This document shows positions 1 through 9,533 of a DNA stretch of 64,000 nucleotides, piece by piece. Position 1 is the stretch's first letter. Every line of letters starts with the position of its first letter. The stretch is from Clostridiales bacterium (GTDB lineage: Bacteria > Bacillota > Clostridia > Saccharofermentanales > Saccharofermentanaceae): positions 8,357-72,356 of the forward strand of contig JAFRRJ010000007.1 in the NCBI GenBank assembly GCA_017428155.1, in the 5' to 3' direction. The position numbers and the translations under genes are program-made. The notes beneath the pieces are model-generated. The model was not told the origin of the DNA. It did no database searches and was given only the letters and a program-made list of their open reading frames with translations.

Positions 1-159
1 GAATTCCTGCTCCATAGCCATAACAAGCTCAACCATGTCAAGAGAATCAGCGTTAAGATCATCAACGAAAGAGGAATCTTCTGTAATTGTATCCTCATCT
101 ACACCGAGCTGATCAACGATCATCTGCTTAATCGAGTTGAAAAGTTCTTCATTTGTCAT
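1..159 (-). CDS. acpP: acyl carrier protein, N-terminal 53 codons (3' end runs off the window)
   Basis: Manual minus-strand translation from the ATG at 159 gives [53 protein letters not shown], which contains the DSLD phosphopantetheine-attachment motif. GGAGGT RBS at 167-172. Confidence 0.85.
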   Translation of the reverse strand, partial: MTNEELFNSIKQMIVDQLGVDEDTITEDSSFVDDLNADSLDMVELVMAMEQEF

Positions 160-262
160 AATTAGTACCTCCGTACGATTCTTAATAAATCCACAAACTG
201 TTTTTAATGTAAGTTCAGGTTTTTGTCAATAGTATATTTTGACTGTCGAAGTTATTTGACAC

Positions 263-880
263 TTACCCTTTCAGATATTGCTTTCCCTTAATAAGATAAT
301 CAATACCTGAAACAATAGTCATAATAACACATATTCCGAAAAGTATATCTCCGATTATCGTGACTGCGCACACCTGTACCGGATACCCTGCAAAACCCGT
401 TCCGGTTATCTTCAGGAGTAATGGCTCAAACATCAGATAGATCAGAGCGACCATCTGCGTAACAGTCTTGATCTTTCCTATCATCTTGGCAGCGATTACC
501 TCGCCCTTCGAAGCGGCGATCATGCGAAGACCCGAGACAGCAAACTCCCTCAGTATTATGATCATTACAGCCCAGGCAGAGACCCTGCCAAGACCGATGA
601 AGGCGAGCATGATGCTTATGCAGAGGATCTTATCTGCAAGAGAATCAAGGAATTTTCCGAGGTCCGTTATGAGATTATACTTACGGGCTATGTAGCCGTC
701 AGCCGTATCTGTAAGGGATGCCAGGATGAATACACATGCGGCAACTATCATTCCGTTGGAGTTGATGAAGCTGTTCCAGCCCTCAGGCTCCCACCCGAAG
801 ATATTGACGGGGAGCATAAAAAGAAGCGTAACAGGCACAAGAATGATCCTTACGATCGACAGCTTGTTAGGAAGATTCAT
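263..880 (-). CDS. pgsA: CDP-diacylglycerol--glycerol-3-phosphate 3-phosphatidyltransferase
   Basis: CDP-alcohol phosphatidyltransferase motif DTADGYIARKYNLITDLGKFLDSLADK. Multi-TM protein of 205 aa. Confidence 0.85.
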   Translation of the reverse strand: MNLPNKLSIVRIILVPVTLLFMLPVNIFGWEPEGWNSFINSNGMIVAACVFILASLTDTADGYIARKYNLITDLGKFLDSLADKILCISIMLAFIGLGRVSAWAVMIIILREFAVSGLRMIAASKGEVIAAKMIGKIKTVTQMVALIYLMFEPLLLKITGTGFAGYPVQVCAVTIIGDILFGICVIMTIVSGIDYLIKGKQYLKG

Positions 881-962
881 TACCAGATTGCTCCTTCAAA
901 TACATGATTCCCGTTATCCCCTAAAAGACAACATACTAATAATACACAGATTTCCCTGTCCG

Positions 963-2336
963 TCAAATCGTAACGGCGGTCATATCATATTCATCTGAAC
1001 AGTCGACGATCCTGCAGTCAACAAAATCGCCGATCTTAAGCTCTTCTTCCTGAGATGCGATATAAATGACAGGATCGACCTCAGGTGACTCACCATAGCT
1101 CCTTCCGATATAAAAGATCCCGTCATCAGAAACTGAACAGATATTGACCTTCGTGACAGTGCCGAGACGTTTTTGAGATGCTTCGGCAGAGATCTCTTTC
1201 TGAAGAGCATATATCTCATCGTAACGTCTCTGCTTGGTCTCCTCATCGATCTGGTCCGGCATATCGTAAGCTTTGGTTCCTTCTTCAGGCGAGAACATAA
1301 AGCAGCCTAATCTGTCGAACTTCCACTTCTTAAGGTTTTCCTTAAGCTCATTAAAGTCCTCTTCGGTCTCACCGGGAAAACCTACCATTACGGTAGTCCT
1401 TATTATGCAGTCAGGCATTGCCCTTCTTATCATCTCAAGCCTTGAAGTGATAAGCTCAACGGTATCTCTTCTATACATGGCCTTTAGGATCCTGTCACAT
1501 CCGTGCTGGATCGGGATATCCAGATAGTGGGCAACCTTCGGATTATTTGCCATCTCCTTAATAAGATCCGGCGTGATGCCGTCCATGTATCCGTACATCA
1601 CACGGATAAGATCGATCCCGTCTATCTCCGATAAAGCTTTCAAAAGTCCTGTCAGATTTCTTTCTTTATAAAGCTCAATACCGTAGTTCGTTGTATCCTG
1701 GGCAGCAAGGACGATCTCCCTGACGCCCCTTGATGCGATTATCTTTGCTTCCTCAACAATGTCCTCCATAGGACGGGATATAAAAGATCCCCTGATGAGC
1801 GGAATTGCACAGAATGCACACCTGTGAAGACAGCCTTCACCAATCTTGAGCCAGGCATATGCTTCAGTGGAAAGCTCCCTTTCCTTAACGAGGTGCTTAT
1901 ATCCGCCGACGCCCGACGTAAGGTTTATCTTCTCGGAATCCCTGTCAAATTCGGATGCAAGCCTGTCAGCTACACTGACGATATCGCCGTAGTGAGCAGT
2001 TCCCAGAACGGCATCGACTTCAGGAAGTTCCTTAAGAATATCTTCCGGATATCTCTGGGACAGGCATCCTGATACGATTATCTTCTTAACGTTCCCTTCA
2101 GGGATCTTATAATCTGCAACATCAAGGATAGCGTCTATCGCTTCCTTCTTGGCTGACTCGATAAATCCGCATGTGTTGATAACAACGATATCGGACTCGG
2201 GAACACTGTTGATAACATCGTACCCGGCTGACTTAAGCTCAGTGGACATATTCTCGCAGTCAATAAGGTTCTTAGAACAACCTAGAGCAAGAAGAGTGAT
2301 CTTAATATTCTGTCTGACAATAATAGTGTTTTCCAT
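963..2336 (-). CDS. rimO: ribosomal protein S12 methylthiotransferase (radical SAM, MiaB/RimO family with C-terminal TRAM)
   Basis: N-terminal LALGCSKNLIDCE and radical-SAM CLHRCAFCAIP motifs. Start placed at MENTIIV (2336). The track ORF extends to 2387, but that extra N-terminus is not family-like. Confidence 0.8.
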   Translation of the reverse strand: MENTIIVRQNIKITLLALGCSKNLIDCENMSTELKSAGYDVINSVPESDIVVINTCGFIESAKKEAIDAILDVADYKIPEGNVKKIIVSGCLSQRYPEDILKELPEVDAVLGTAHYGDIVSVADRLASEFDRDSEKINLTSGVGGYKHLVKERELSTEAYAWLKIGEGCLHRCAFCAIPLIRGSFISRPMEDIVEEAKIIASRGVREIVLAAQDTTNYGIELYKERNLTGLLKALSEIDGIDLIRVMYGYMDGITPDLIKEMANNPKVAHYLDIPIQHGCDRILKAMYRRDTVELITSRLEMIRRAMPDCIIRTTVMVGFPGETEEDFNELKENLKKWKFDRLGCFMFSPEEGTKAYDMPDQIDEETKQRRYDEIYALQKEISAEASQKRLGTVTKVNICSVSDDGIFYIGRSYGESPEVDPVIYIASQEEELKIGDFVDCRIVDCSDEYDMTAVTI

Positions 2337-2495
2337 AATGTAGGAATTATAACAAATAAGAAGCCGCCTTGCTTGCCGGGTTAACATTTCTCGATAAAGC
2401 GAAAATATTTATTGTTATTCGATAAATTTATCTTGATTTACGAGAAACACCGTGTTAGGATAACGCTATAAAGCAATTCAAACCGGAGGCATGTT

Positions 2496-3095
2496 ATGGG
2501 AAAGATATCTAACATAAAACCATACGCAAAGAACGCATCGGATATATTCCTTACTTTGTTGTTCTTTATCTCCTTCTTCCCATATATACATGCTGTATAT
2601 TCAGCATATACCGGAGTATTCTTCGGATTCCAGGGTTCTGCATGGTTCTTCGGCTTCGGCGGTATCTTTATTACCTTAGTCTTCCGTTATTTACTTCTTA
2701 TCCCTGTTTGTTTGATCTATCAGATCAAATACGGTAAAGAATACTTCCCTAAATATATAGGAATTAAAACAGCAGCTTTAACCCTTATAGCAGTCATCGT
2801 CTTATCCGGTGTTACCGCAACGGTATTCGGAGAAAAGATAGTTGATATTAACTTACAGCTTGCTCAGACTAAGATCGAAGAATATTTCGCAGATAAATAC
2901 GGCGAAGAAGCAGTCCGTGATATGACTTATAGCGTCGATTCCCGTTATGAGATGACATTCAAAGGTACATCTCCCTCCCTTCCCGAGGGCCAGAGTTATG
3001 AGATAAGAGTATATTCGGGAAGATCAGAAAAGTATAAAATCGTCGACTTTCTGGTTGACGAGAACAATGAAACAAACAGGGTTAACTATAAGTAA
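2496..3095 (+). CDS. hypothetical integral membrane protein
   Basis: 199 aa ORF with several hydrophobic segments and a soluble C-terminal part. No recognisable motif. Confidence 0.5.
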   Translation: MGKISNIKPYAKNASDIFLTLLFFISFFPYIHAVYSAYTGVFFGFQGSAWFFGFGGIFITLVFRYLLLIPVCLIYQIKYGKEYFPKYIGIKTAALTLIAVIVLSGVTATVFGEKIVDINLQLAQTKIEEYFADKYGEEAVRDMTYSVDSRYEMTFKGTSPSLPEGQSYEIRVYSGRSEKYKIVDFLVDENNETNRVNYK

Positions 3096-3206
3096 CTCTT
3101 GTCTTAAATCCGGATAAAGAAAACATACTGAAAGGTATGATGAACTAAAGCATCTTAATAACGGACCTGTAAAGATCTATGCTATCGTGCATTCATCACC
3201 ATATAT

Positions 3207-3668
3207 TCACGATTCAAGATATGCAATAAAAGCGGATCTTGCAGTCTCCATACTATATCCTCTGAGACAGGCAAGTTTTACGTACTCATCTTCCCTGTCG
3301 CGCGAATCATCAGCAGGGCTTCCAAAAGACGCCTCGTATAAGCTCTTGCAGGTATCCTTATCACTTTCAAGTGAGTCAACGACCAGATCTGCGCAGTCAG
3401 CATCTATACCTGCCTCAAGAAGGCGCTGATATATAAACTGCCTGCTCTCCTGCTTTTTCCCTGAGCGAACCGCCAGAACCTTGCGCGATGCACGCATATC
3501 ATCGATATAACCGGAATCGATCAGAAGACTTACTGCACTCACGGCAGTGTCTTCTGAATAACCCCTCTGCATAAGATAGAGCTTTATCTTACCTGAAGAG
3601 TAGATACCGGTGCCGATATGCCTGATCGCACAGGTCACGGCTTCCTTGGTCATAACTGGATCAGACAT
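3207..3668 (-). CDS. recX: recombination regulator RecX
   Basis: 153 aa, immediately downstream of recA and overlapping its stop by 8 nt. Size and position fit RecX. Confidence 0.7.
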   Translation of the reverse strand: MSDPVMTKEAVTCAIRHIGTGIYSSGKIKLYLMQRGYSEDTAVSAVSLLIDSGYIDDMRASRKVLAVRSGKKQESRQFIYQRLLEAGIDADCADLVVDSLESDKDTCKSLYEASFGSPADDSRDREDEYVKLACLRGYSMETARSAFIAYLES

Positions 3669-4794
3669 CGAATCCTAAGATATCGTCGTCATCACCTTCA
3701 GAATCTTCTTCGGGTGCATTAGCCGTACCGGCCGGTGCAGCAACGTCATCATCTTCATCAGCAGGCATATATGAATCTCTGATCTTATCTTCGATCTCAT
3801 CCTTGATATCAGGATGATCGATAAGATATTGCTTTGCAGCATCTCTGCCCTGGGCGATCTTCGCACCGTTATAAGCGAACCATGATCCGCTCTTATCAAT
3901 GATGTTATTCTCAACACCAAGATCGAGAATGCATCCTTCTGATGAGACACCCTTGCCGTACATGATATCGAATTCAGCTTCCTTGAACGGAGGAGCAACC
4001 TTATTCTTAACAACCTTTACTCTTGTATGGCTTCCGACAACATCTGTACCGTTGCGGAGAGTCTCAACCTTACGTACATCAAGTCTTACGGATGCATAGA
4101 ACTTGAGCGCACGGCCGCCCGGAGTGGTCTCGGGATTACCGAACATAACACCGACCTTCTCACGGAGCTGGTTGATAAAGATACAAATTGTATTGGACTT
4201 TGAAACTACAGGAGCAAGCTTTCTTAATGCCTGGCTCATGAGTCTTGCCTGAAGACCGACATGGGAATCACCCATCTCGCCTTCGATCTCTGCCCTCGGA
4301 ACAAGAGCTGCAACGGAGTCGATAACAACAACATCAATACAACCGCTGCGTACAAGTGTCTCGCAGATCTCAAGAGCCTGCTCACCGGTATCAGGCTGCG
4401 ATAACAGAAGGTTATCGACATCTACTCCGATATTGCCTGCATATACAGGATCCAGCGCATGCTCAGCATCGATGAATGCACAAGTACCTCCCATCTTCTG
4501 AGCCTCTGCAACGCAGTGAAGTGCAACAGTAGTCTTACCTGAAGATTCGGGTCCGTAGATCTCGATGATCCTTCCTCTGGGAAGACCTCCGATACCAAGT
4601 GCGATATCAAGTGTCAAAGCACCTGTAGGTATAGTATCGATCTCAACCTGTGACTTATCCCCCAGACGCATAACCGCACCCTGACCGAACTGCTTCTCGA
4701 TCTGAGCCATAGCGGCATCAAGCGCCTTCCTTCTCTCATCCTTGTCCTGAACCTGGGCAACTGAACCCTTACCGGCATTTTTACTCTTAGCCAT
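3661..4794 (-). CDS. recA: recombinase RecA
   Basis: Walker [10 protein letters not shown] and typical RecA blocks ([57 protein letters not shown]). Acidic C-terminal tail. Confidence 0.98.
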   Translation of the reverse strand: MAKSKNAGKGSVAQVQDKDERRKALDAAMAQIEKQFGQGAVMRLGDKSQVEIDTIPTGALTLDIALGIGGLPRGRIIEIYGPESSGKTTVALHCVAEAQKMGGTCAFIDAEHALDPVYAGNIGVDVDNLLLSQPDTGEQALEICETLVRSGCIDVVVIDSVAALVPRAEIEGEMGDSHVGLQARLMSQALRKLAPVVSKSNTICIFINQLREKVGVMFGNPETTPGGRALKFYASVRLDVRKVETLRNGTDVVGSHTRVKVVKNKVAPPFKEAEFDIMYGKGVSSEGCILDLGVENNIIDKSGSWFAYNGAKIAQGRDAAKQYLIDHPDIKDEIEDKIRDSYMPADEDDDVAAPAGTANAPEEDSEGDDDDILGFDV

Positions 4795-4816
4795 ATTCTC
4801 CTCCTGAAATCACGTT

Positions 4817-4828
4817 GAACATTTGTTC
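4817..4828. promoter_or_regulatory. LexA (Cheo-type) SOS box GAACATTTGTTC between the recA promoter and start codon
   Basis: Palindrome GAAC-N4-GTTC, matching the Firmicutes CGAACN4GTTCG consensus core. It lies downstream of the -10 element of the recA promoter. Confidence 0.75.
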
Positions 4829-4842
4829 TTATTTATGAGTTA

Positions 4843-4871
4843 ATTCTATTGTTATGATACACTTTTGTCAA
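4843..4871 (-). promoter_or_regulatory. recA promoter (-35 TTGACA, 17 nt spacer, -10 TAGAAT)
   Basis: Read on the minus strand: TTGACA (4866-4871), 17 nt, TAGAAT (4843-4848). Confidence 0.7.
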
Positions 4872-5053
4872 CAAAATTTACCTTACAAATGCGTACAAAA
4901 ACAGACAAGTCCCATTATTAGTACAACAATTTTCAAAAAGCCTATAAACACAAGGCTTTCAGCGTTTCAAAAAGCATCGATTTGAGCTGTTTCTATTCTT
5001 TTTACGACAAAACCTGACAAAAACCGACAAAGAACTGTAATATACGTTCTGCC

Positions 5054-5575
5054 TTATCTGATCGAATTTATGTATTTTTCGTATCTCAGGTTATGAGTTT
5101 TCATGGCATCGTCAGAATCAACATAGTCTAAAAAGCCTTCTCTTGTGACCCACTTATAGTCCGTGGTCTCGCCCTCCTGAAGGACTATGCTGTCCTTATC
5201 ACAGCTGACTTTTACAAGATACGAGTAATACATTGATCTGCTGCTGTCTTTGAAGATTATTCCGACAAGTTCCATGGAATCCGGTGTTAATCCTGTCTCC
5301 TCAAACAACTCTCTTTTCGCTGCTTCAAGAGGCTCTTCACCCTTTATTGCAGAACCGCCCGCGCTGGCTTCCCAGTACCCGGGGTAAATATCCTTGATAT
5401 CGCTTCTTTTGGTAAGAAGATAAGATCCGTCTTCATGCAGCACCAAAAGATCGACCACCAGGTGGAATCTTCCTTCAGGGATCTTCATATAGTTTCCGTA
5501 GCCTCTTACGAACGTCTCACCCGTTCTGTTTCCGTCCGCGTCATAAAGATCCCATATCTCTATGTTTTCTTCCAT
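5054..5575 (-). CDS. NUDIX family hydrolase
   Basis: Nudix box GGSAIKGEEPLEAAKRELFEETGL. Confidence 0.8.
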   Translation of the reverse strand: MEENIEIWDLYDADGNRTGETFVRGYGNYMKIPEGRFHLVVDLLVLHEDGSYLLTKRSDIKDIYPGYWEASAGGSAIKGEEPLEAAKRELFEETGLTPDSMELVGIIFKDSSRSMYYSYLVKVSCDKDSIVLQEGETTDYKWVTREGFLDYVDSDDAMKTHNLRYEKYINSIR

Positions 5576-5607
5576 TATTATCCTCTTTCTATATCAATAG
5601 CCTTTTA

Positions 5608-6624
5608 TCAGACCGTCTTTACAGGAGTATCAACAGGGATGTTATCGTAGACCCATTCTGCCACACTCTTCTCGAGTCTGATGCATCCTGCCGAAATATG
5701 TTTTCCCAAAGATCCGTTCTGGATCGTACCATTGTAATTATAGGTGACACTGTGGAAATAGTAAGGACCGTTCCACTGCGTCGCGTAATAGCAGAGAGAG
5801 CCATGGGAATAGAAATAAGACAACTTGCCCGTTACCTTATAATTCCCTCTCGGAGTCTCATGCCCCGTCTTCCCGCATGACATCGGATAGATCTTGTACA
5901 AGGACCACTGCCCGATACTGCCTTTGAATATCATGACATAGCAGTTATCGATATCGGCAATGATGTAATAATCTGTAGGGCTTGAATAGAACTGCTCGTT
6001 AATGCATCGGACATGCTTCGCGGCATTCTTATAGCACCAGGAGAGATCGCCATCCTCATCAAGATCGTAATAGTCATCACAGATACAGGTCATTCCGTCA
6101 AGGTGACCTATATAGTTATCGATAAGTATCTTCTTTACCCGGATATTATATTCACGGCAGAGCTTAACAAATTCGTTAGAAGACAGGAACTCCCTGAACA
6201 CCAGATATCTGCTCCTGCCTGATTCAAGTCGGGAGACATAATATGAAGTCTCGGATCCTTCAGCATATCTGCCGTAACAGCCTGTATAAAGATCTTCGAC
6301 AAAACCCTCATCCGAGCGGCAGAGCTGTCTGTACGCTTCCGAAAAATAGAAATGATATAAGACATCGTAAGCACCTGATATACCGCCATCAAGTTTTTGG
6401 GCAAGATCTCTTATCTCATCCTCATCAGCATGCATCTGCCTTGTAACTACGGCATAAAGTCTTCTTACAAAAAGGATGTGATCCTCATCGATCTCCTCAT
6501 CATCTGTTCCTTCAACAGAAGTAACAGCCAGGACATTTAAAGAGAAAGCATTGCCGGATAAAAGCAAAACGGAAGCAGTAACCAGTATAAGGCTTATCAC
6601 CTTCAAAAGATGTTTTTTGTACAT
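5608..6624 (-). CDS. secreted L,D-transpeptidase (YkuD domain) with an N-terminal DUF4214-like region
   Basis: Signal peptide. C-terminal YkuD active-site block HSVTYN...GKHISAGCIRL. Confidence 0.75.
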   Translation of the reverse strand: MYKKHLLKVISLILVTASVLLLSGNAFSLNVLAVTSVEGTDDEEIDEDHILFVRRLYAVVTRQMHADEDEIRDLAQKLDGGISGAYDVLYHFYFSEAYRQLCRSDEGFVEDLYTGCYGRYAEGSETSYYVSRLESGRSRYLVFREFLSSNEFVKLCREYNIRVKKILIDNYIGHLDGMTCICDDYYDLDEDGDLSWCYKNAAKHVRCINEQFYSSPTDYYIIADIDNCYVMIFKGSIGQWSLYKIYPMSCGKTGHETPRGNYKVTGKLSYFYSHGSLCYYATQWNGPYYFHSVTYNYNGTIQNGSLGKHISAGCIRLEKSVAEWVYDNIPVDTPVKTV

Positions 6625-6754
6625 CAGTGATCTCTCCTGCTCAGAACTGATACTGTCATGATAACACTAATAGTCGAAATCAATATGTTTTTCCGCAAAA
6701 GATCAAATCTCTATATGTATAATTAGATCAATTAACCCAAGCGAGGTACTGCTT

Positions 6755-7369
6755 ATGGATCAGAAAGAAAGAATGCTTAATAACCTGCCATACAAGTCAT
6801 GGCTCGACGGACTTCCGGAAGAGCGGCTTGCCTGCAAGAAAAAGATTTTCGAGTATAACAACATGGCGCCTGACAAGGTTGATGAGAGATCAGCACTTCT
6901 TAGAAGCATCCTCGGTAAGACTTCTGAAGGCTACCTTAACATTGAATCACCTTTTTTCTGTGATTACGGATATAACATTGAAGTCGGAAAGGATTTCTTT
7001 GCAAACTACAACTTCACTGTACTCGATGTCGGCAAGGTCAGGATCGGCGACAACTTCATGGCAGGTCCCAATGTAGGCATCTATACTGCCGGACATCCGG
7101 TCCATCCCGGATCACGCAATTCGGGTTATGAATATGGTATAGACATAACTATCGGAGATAATGTCTGGGTCGGAGGGCATGTCTGCATAATGCCCGGTGT
7201 AACTGTCGGAAATAATGTAGTGATCGCCGGCGGAAGCGTCGTAACAAAAGATCTTCCCGACAACGTTATCGCGGCAGGCAATCCCTGCAAAGTAATAAGG
7301 GAGATCACGGAAAATGACCGTGACTTCTATTTCCGAGACAGGAAGTTTGATGTTGACGACTACAAGTAA
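6755..7369 (+). CDS. maa: maltose/galactoside O-acetyltransferase (hexapeptide-repeat family)
   Basis: N-terminal Mac domain (MLNNLPYKSWLDGLPEERLACKKKIFEYN). Left-handed beta-helix repeats IGDNVWVGGHVCIMPGVTVGNNVVIAGGSVV. Confidence 0.8.
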   Translation: MDQKERMLNNLPYKSWLDGLPEERLACKKKIFEYNNMAPDKVDERSALLRSILGKTSEGYLNIESPFFCDYGYNIEVGKDFFANYNFTVLDVGKVRIGDNFMAGPNVGIYTAGHPVHPGSRNSGYEYGIDITIGDNVWVGGHVCIMPGVTVGNNVVIAGGSVVTKDLPDNVIAAGNPCKVIREITENDRDFYFRDRKFDVDDYK

Positions 7370-7393
7370 ACCGGATAAACGAATATAAAGATA

Positions 7394-9025
7394 TCAGGAA
7401 GCAGTCTTACGGACTGCTTTCTTCTTTTTGAAGAACTTGTCGATCCAGTATGTGGCTTCCTCCATACGGAACAGAACAGCCACTGTAAAGTAGATAAGAA
7501 CTGCAAGTACGCCTTTGCATGCGATTATCGTGAGCTGCATGATCTTGCCGCCCGTTGCAGGAACGAGCTTATCCATAAAGAAAACAGCACCTGCCATTAT
7601 AACCGCGCACAGAGCACTCTTTACAAGGAACTTGACAATGCCGTGAGGAGCCAGCTCCTTGCGCAGACAATAAGCTATGGCAAGCATTATCATCTGGCAC
7701 AGATTAGTGATCGAATAAGCAAGTGAAAGCGACAAAGGTCCAACGCCTGAAGATATCAGGATCTGGCAAGCCACAGGGTTTACAACAAGTCCGAGTATTC
7801 CGGCAAACAAAGGGATCTTGGTCTGACCGATGGCATAGAAAGCCTGGTTAAATACATGGATAACAGTGGCTGTCACAATAGCACTGCAGAATCCTACGAG
7901 GAACATTGCAGCCGTCTGGGCATTGCGCTCGGTGTAAGATGAAGACCACTGGTAAACAGCCTTAACTACATCGATATTCATTACGGCAATAAAAGCCGCT
8001 GACGGGATCGTCATAAAGAGGGCACTCTTAAGAGAACGGGATACAAGTTCTGATGCCTTGGGATAATTCCTTGATTCGTAATCGCCGGCAAGTTCGGGCG
8101 TCATGACCGTCGTTATGGCAACAACGAAAACAGTATAGGGTATCTGCCAGATAGATGAAGCATTCTTAAATCCCCAGATACTTCCCTCATCGAACGGCAG
8201 AGCAAAGTGATTAAGAACGATAACATTGATCTGCGTAATAGATGCGGAGATCAGGATCGGAACAGCGCGCCTGAACAGCATGAGGAAATCCTTGTCGGTC
8301 GGATGGAATCTGAATCTGAACTGCTTCATCTGCGAAAAACCGAGAGTATACTGGCAGACAAAATAGATTGCCGTTGATACAAGGATACCCGCAGTCGTCA
8401 TAACAAGATTCTTCTGTGAGTTGCCGCCGAGAATATAGATTGACAGAATAACAAGAACGTTATAAAGAACAGGGCCGAATGAAGTGATCGTGAATTTCCT
8501 GTATGCAGTAAGAATACCGTTGCATAGAGCTGCCAGCATTATAAAGAATATCTGCGGGAACAGGAATTTGGAGGCCTTTGCGGCAAGCACAAGGACTTCT
8601 TCATTTATATCTTCCTTGCCCAGAGCGTAAAGAGCATACAAGGGCTCGGAGAAGATCGTTCCGAGCGTACATACGATCAGCATCGCGATGCAGACGATCG
8701 ATATAAATATGCTTACTACGCGAACGCCTTCCTTCTCTTTGCCGACTGCAAGCTTTGCACTTAAGAAAGGTGCTACTGTCGAATAGATGGCACCTCCGAC
8801 AAGAAGGTTGAAGAAAAGGTCGGGAATATTGAAAGCCAGAGAATAACTGTCACGGTAGATATCCTGACTGAATCTCATGGAAACAACGATATCACGGATA
8901 AGGCCCGAGAATTTTACTATTACCGTACCGAGTCCGACGATAAATGCGGATAAAGCAAAACTCATCCCCTTCTTCTTTGAAGGGGACACAGAAGTCTTAT
9001 TCTCCACACTGTTATTCTCAGCCAC
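7394..9025 (-). CDS. murJ: lipid II flippase MurJ/MviN family
   Basis: 543 aa with about 14 TM segments. N-terminal block GLGTVIVKFSGLIRDIVVSMRFS is typical of MviN/MurJ. Confidence 0.75.
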   Translation of the reverse strand: MAENNSVENKTSVSPSKKKGMSFALSAFIVGLGTVIVKFSGLIRDIVVSMRFSQDIYRDSYSLAFNIPDLFFNLLVGGAIYSTVAPFLSAKLAVGKEKEGVRVVSIFISIVCIAMLIVCTLGTIFSEPLYALYALGKEDINEEVLVLAAKASKFLFPQIFFIMLAALCNGILTAYRKFTITSFGPVLYNVLVILSIYILGGNSQKNLVMTTAGILVSTAIYFVCQYTLGFSQMKQFRFRFHPTDKDFLMLFRRAVPILISASITQINVIVLNHFALPFDEGSIWGFKNASSIWQIPYTVFVVAITTVMTPELAGDYESRNYPKASELVSRSLKSALFMTIPSAAFIAVMNIDVVKAVYQWSSSYTERNAQTAAMFLVGFCSAIVTATVIHVFNQAFYAIGQTKIPLFAGILGLVVNPVACQILISSGVGPLSLSLAYSITNLCQMIMLAIAYCLRKELAPHGIVKFLVKSALCAVIMAGAVFFMDKLVPATGGKIMQLTIIACKGVLAVLIYFTVAVLFRMEEATYWIDKFFKKKKAVRKTAS

Positions 9026-9533
9026 TTAAGCCTTGCCTCTCTATAAGATGTACCGCGCATTCCAATGCCGCGAGTACAGTCTCGGAGCGTATAGTATCCC
9101 TATCGCCGTTAAAGTTCAACCTTATTGCTCCGGAAATATGCTCATTTGAATAACAATAGCCCATGTAAACCGTTCCCACGGGCTTTCCGGGAAGGTCACC
9201 GGTAGGACCTGCTATTCCCGTGACAGAGACTGCGACATCACAGTTAAGGAGTCTTTTCGCGCCCTCTGCCATAGCTTTTGCACATTCTTCCGAGACTTCG
9301 GTATGATCATCGATTATCCGGGAAGGAACGCCAAGGACGTTCTCCTTGATCTCGTTTGTATATGAGACAACAGAGCCTTTTAAAACAGCGGAAGCGCCCG
9401 GAATGTTCACAACGGAAGCGGAAATAAGCCCGCCTGTAAGGCTTTCGGCAAATCCTACCGTAAGTCCGGCCTTTTTAAATGCTTCCACAAGCATAAGTGC
9501 TTTTTCATTTAAGATAACGGATCTGTCAGCCAT
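9018..9533 (-). CDS. pncC: CinA C-terminal domain protein / nicotinamide-nucleotide amidohydrolase PncC
   Basis: FAESLTGGLISASVVNIPGAS and VSVTGIAGPTG motifs. There is no N-terminal MoCF domain. Confidence 0.8.
   Translation of the reverse strand: MADRSVILNEKALMLVEAFKKAGLTVGFAESLTGGLISASVVNIPGASAVLKGSVVSYTNEIKENVLGVPSRIIDDHTEVSEECAKAMAEGAKRLLNCDVAVSVTGIAGPTGDLPGKPVGTVYMGYCYSNEHISGAIRLNFNGDRDTIRSETVLAALECAVHLIERQGLSG

Noticed and set aside
2337-2387. Extended N-terminus of rimO (MLTRQARRLLICYNSYI)
   Set aside because: It is not family-like and has no RBS. The ATG at 2336 places the conserved LGCxKN block at the usual distance from the N-terminus. A TATAAT element 9 nt upstream of 2336 hints at a near-leaderless mRNA, but I cannot support that further.
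3675-4610. Several track ORFs antisense to or out of frame within recA (3675..4013, 3899..4099, 4236..4421, 4422..4610)
   Set aside because: They lie fully inside the strongly supported recA CDS and have low-complexity translations. The same reasoning applies to the many 60-140 aa ORFs embedded in ftsK, proC, murJ, the BlaR1-like gene, the RnfC-like gene, sigA and others.
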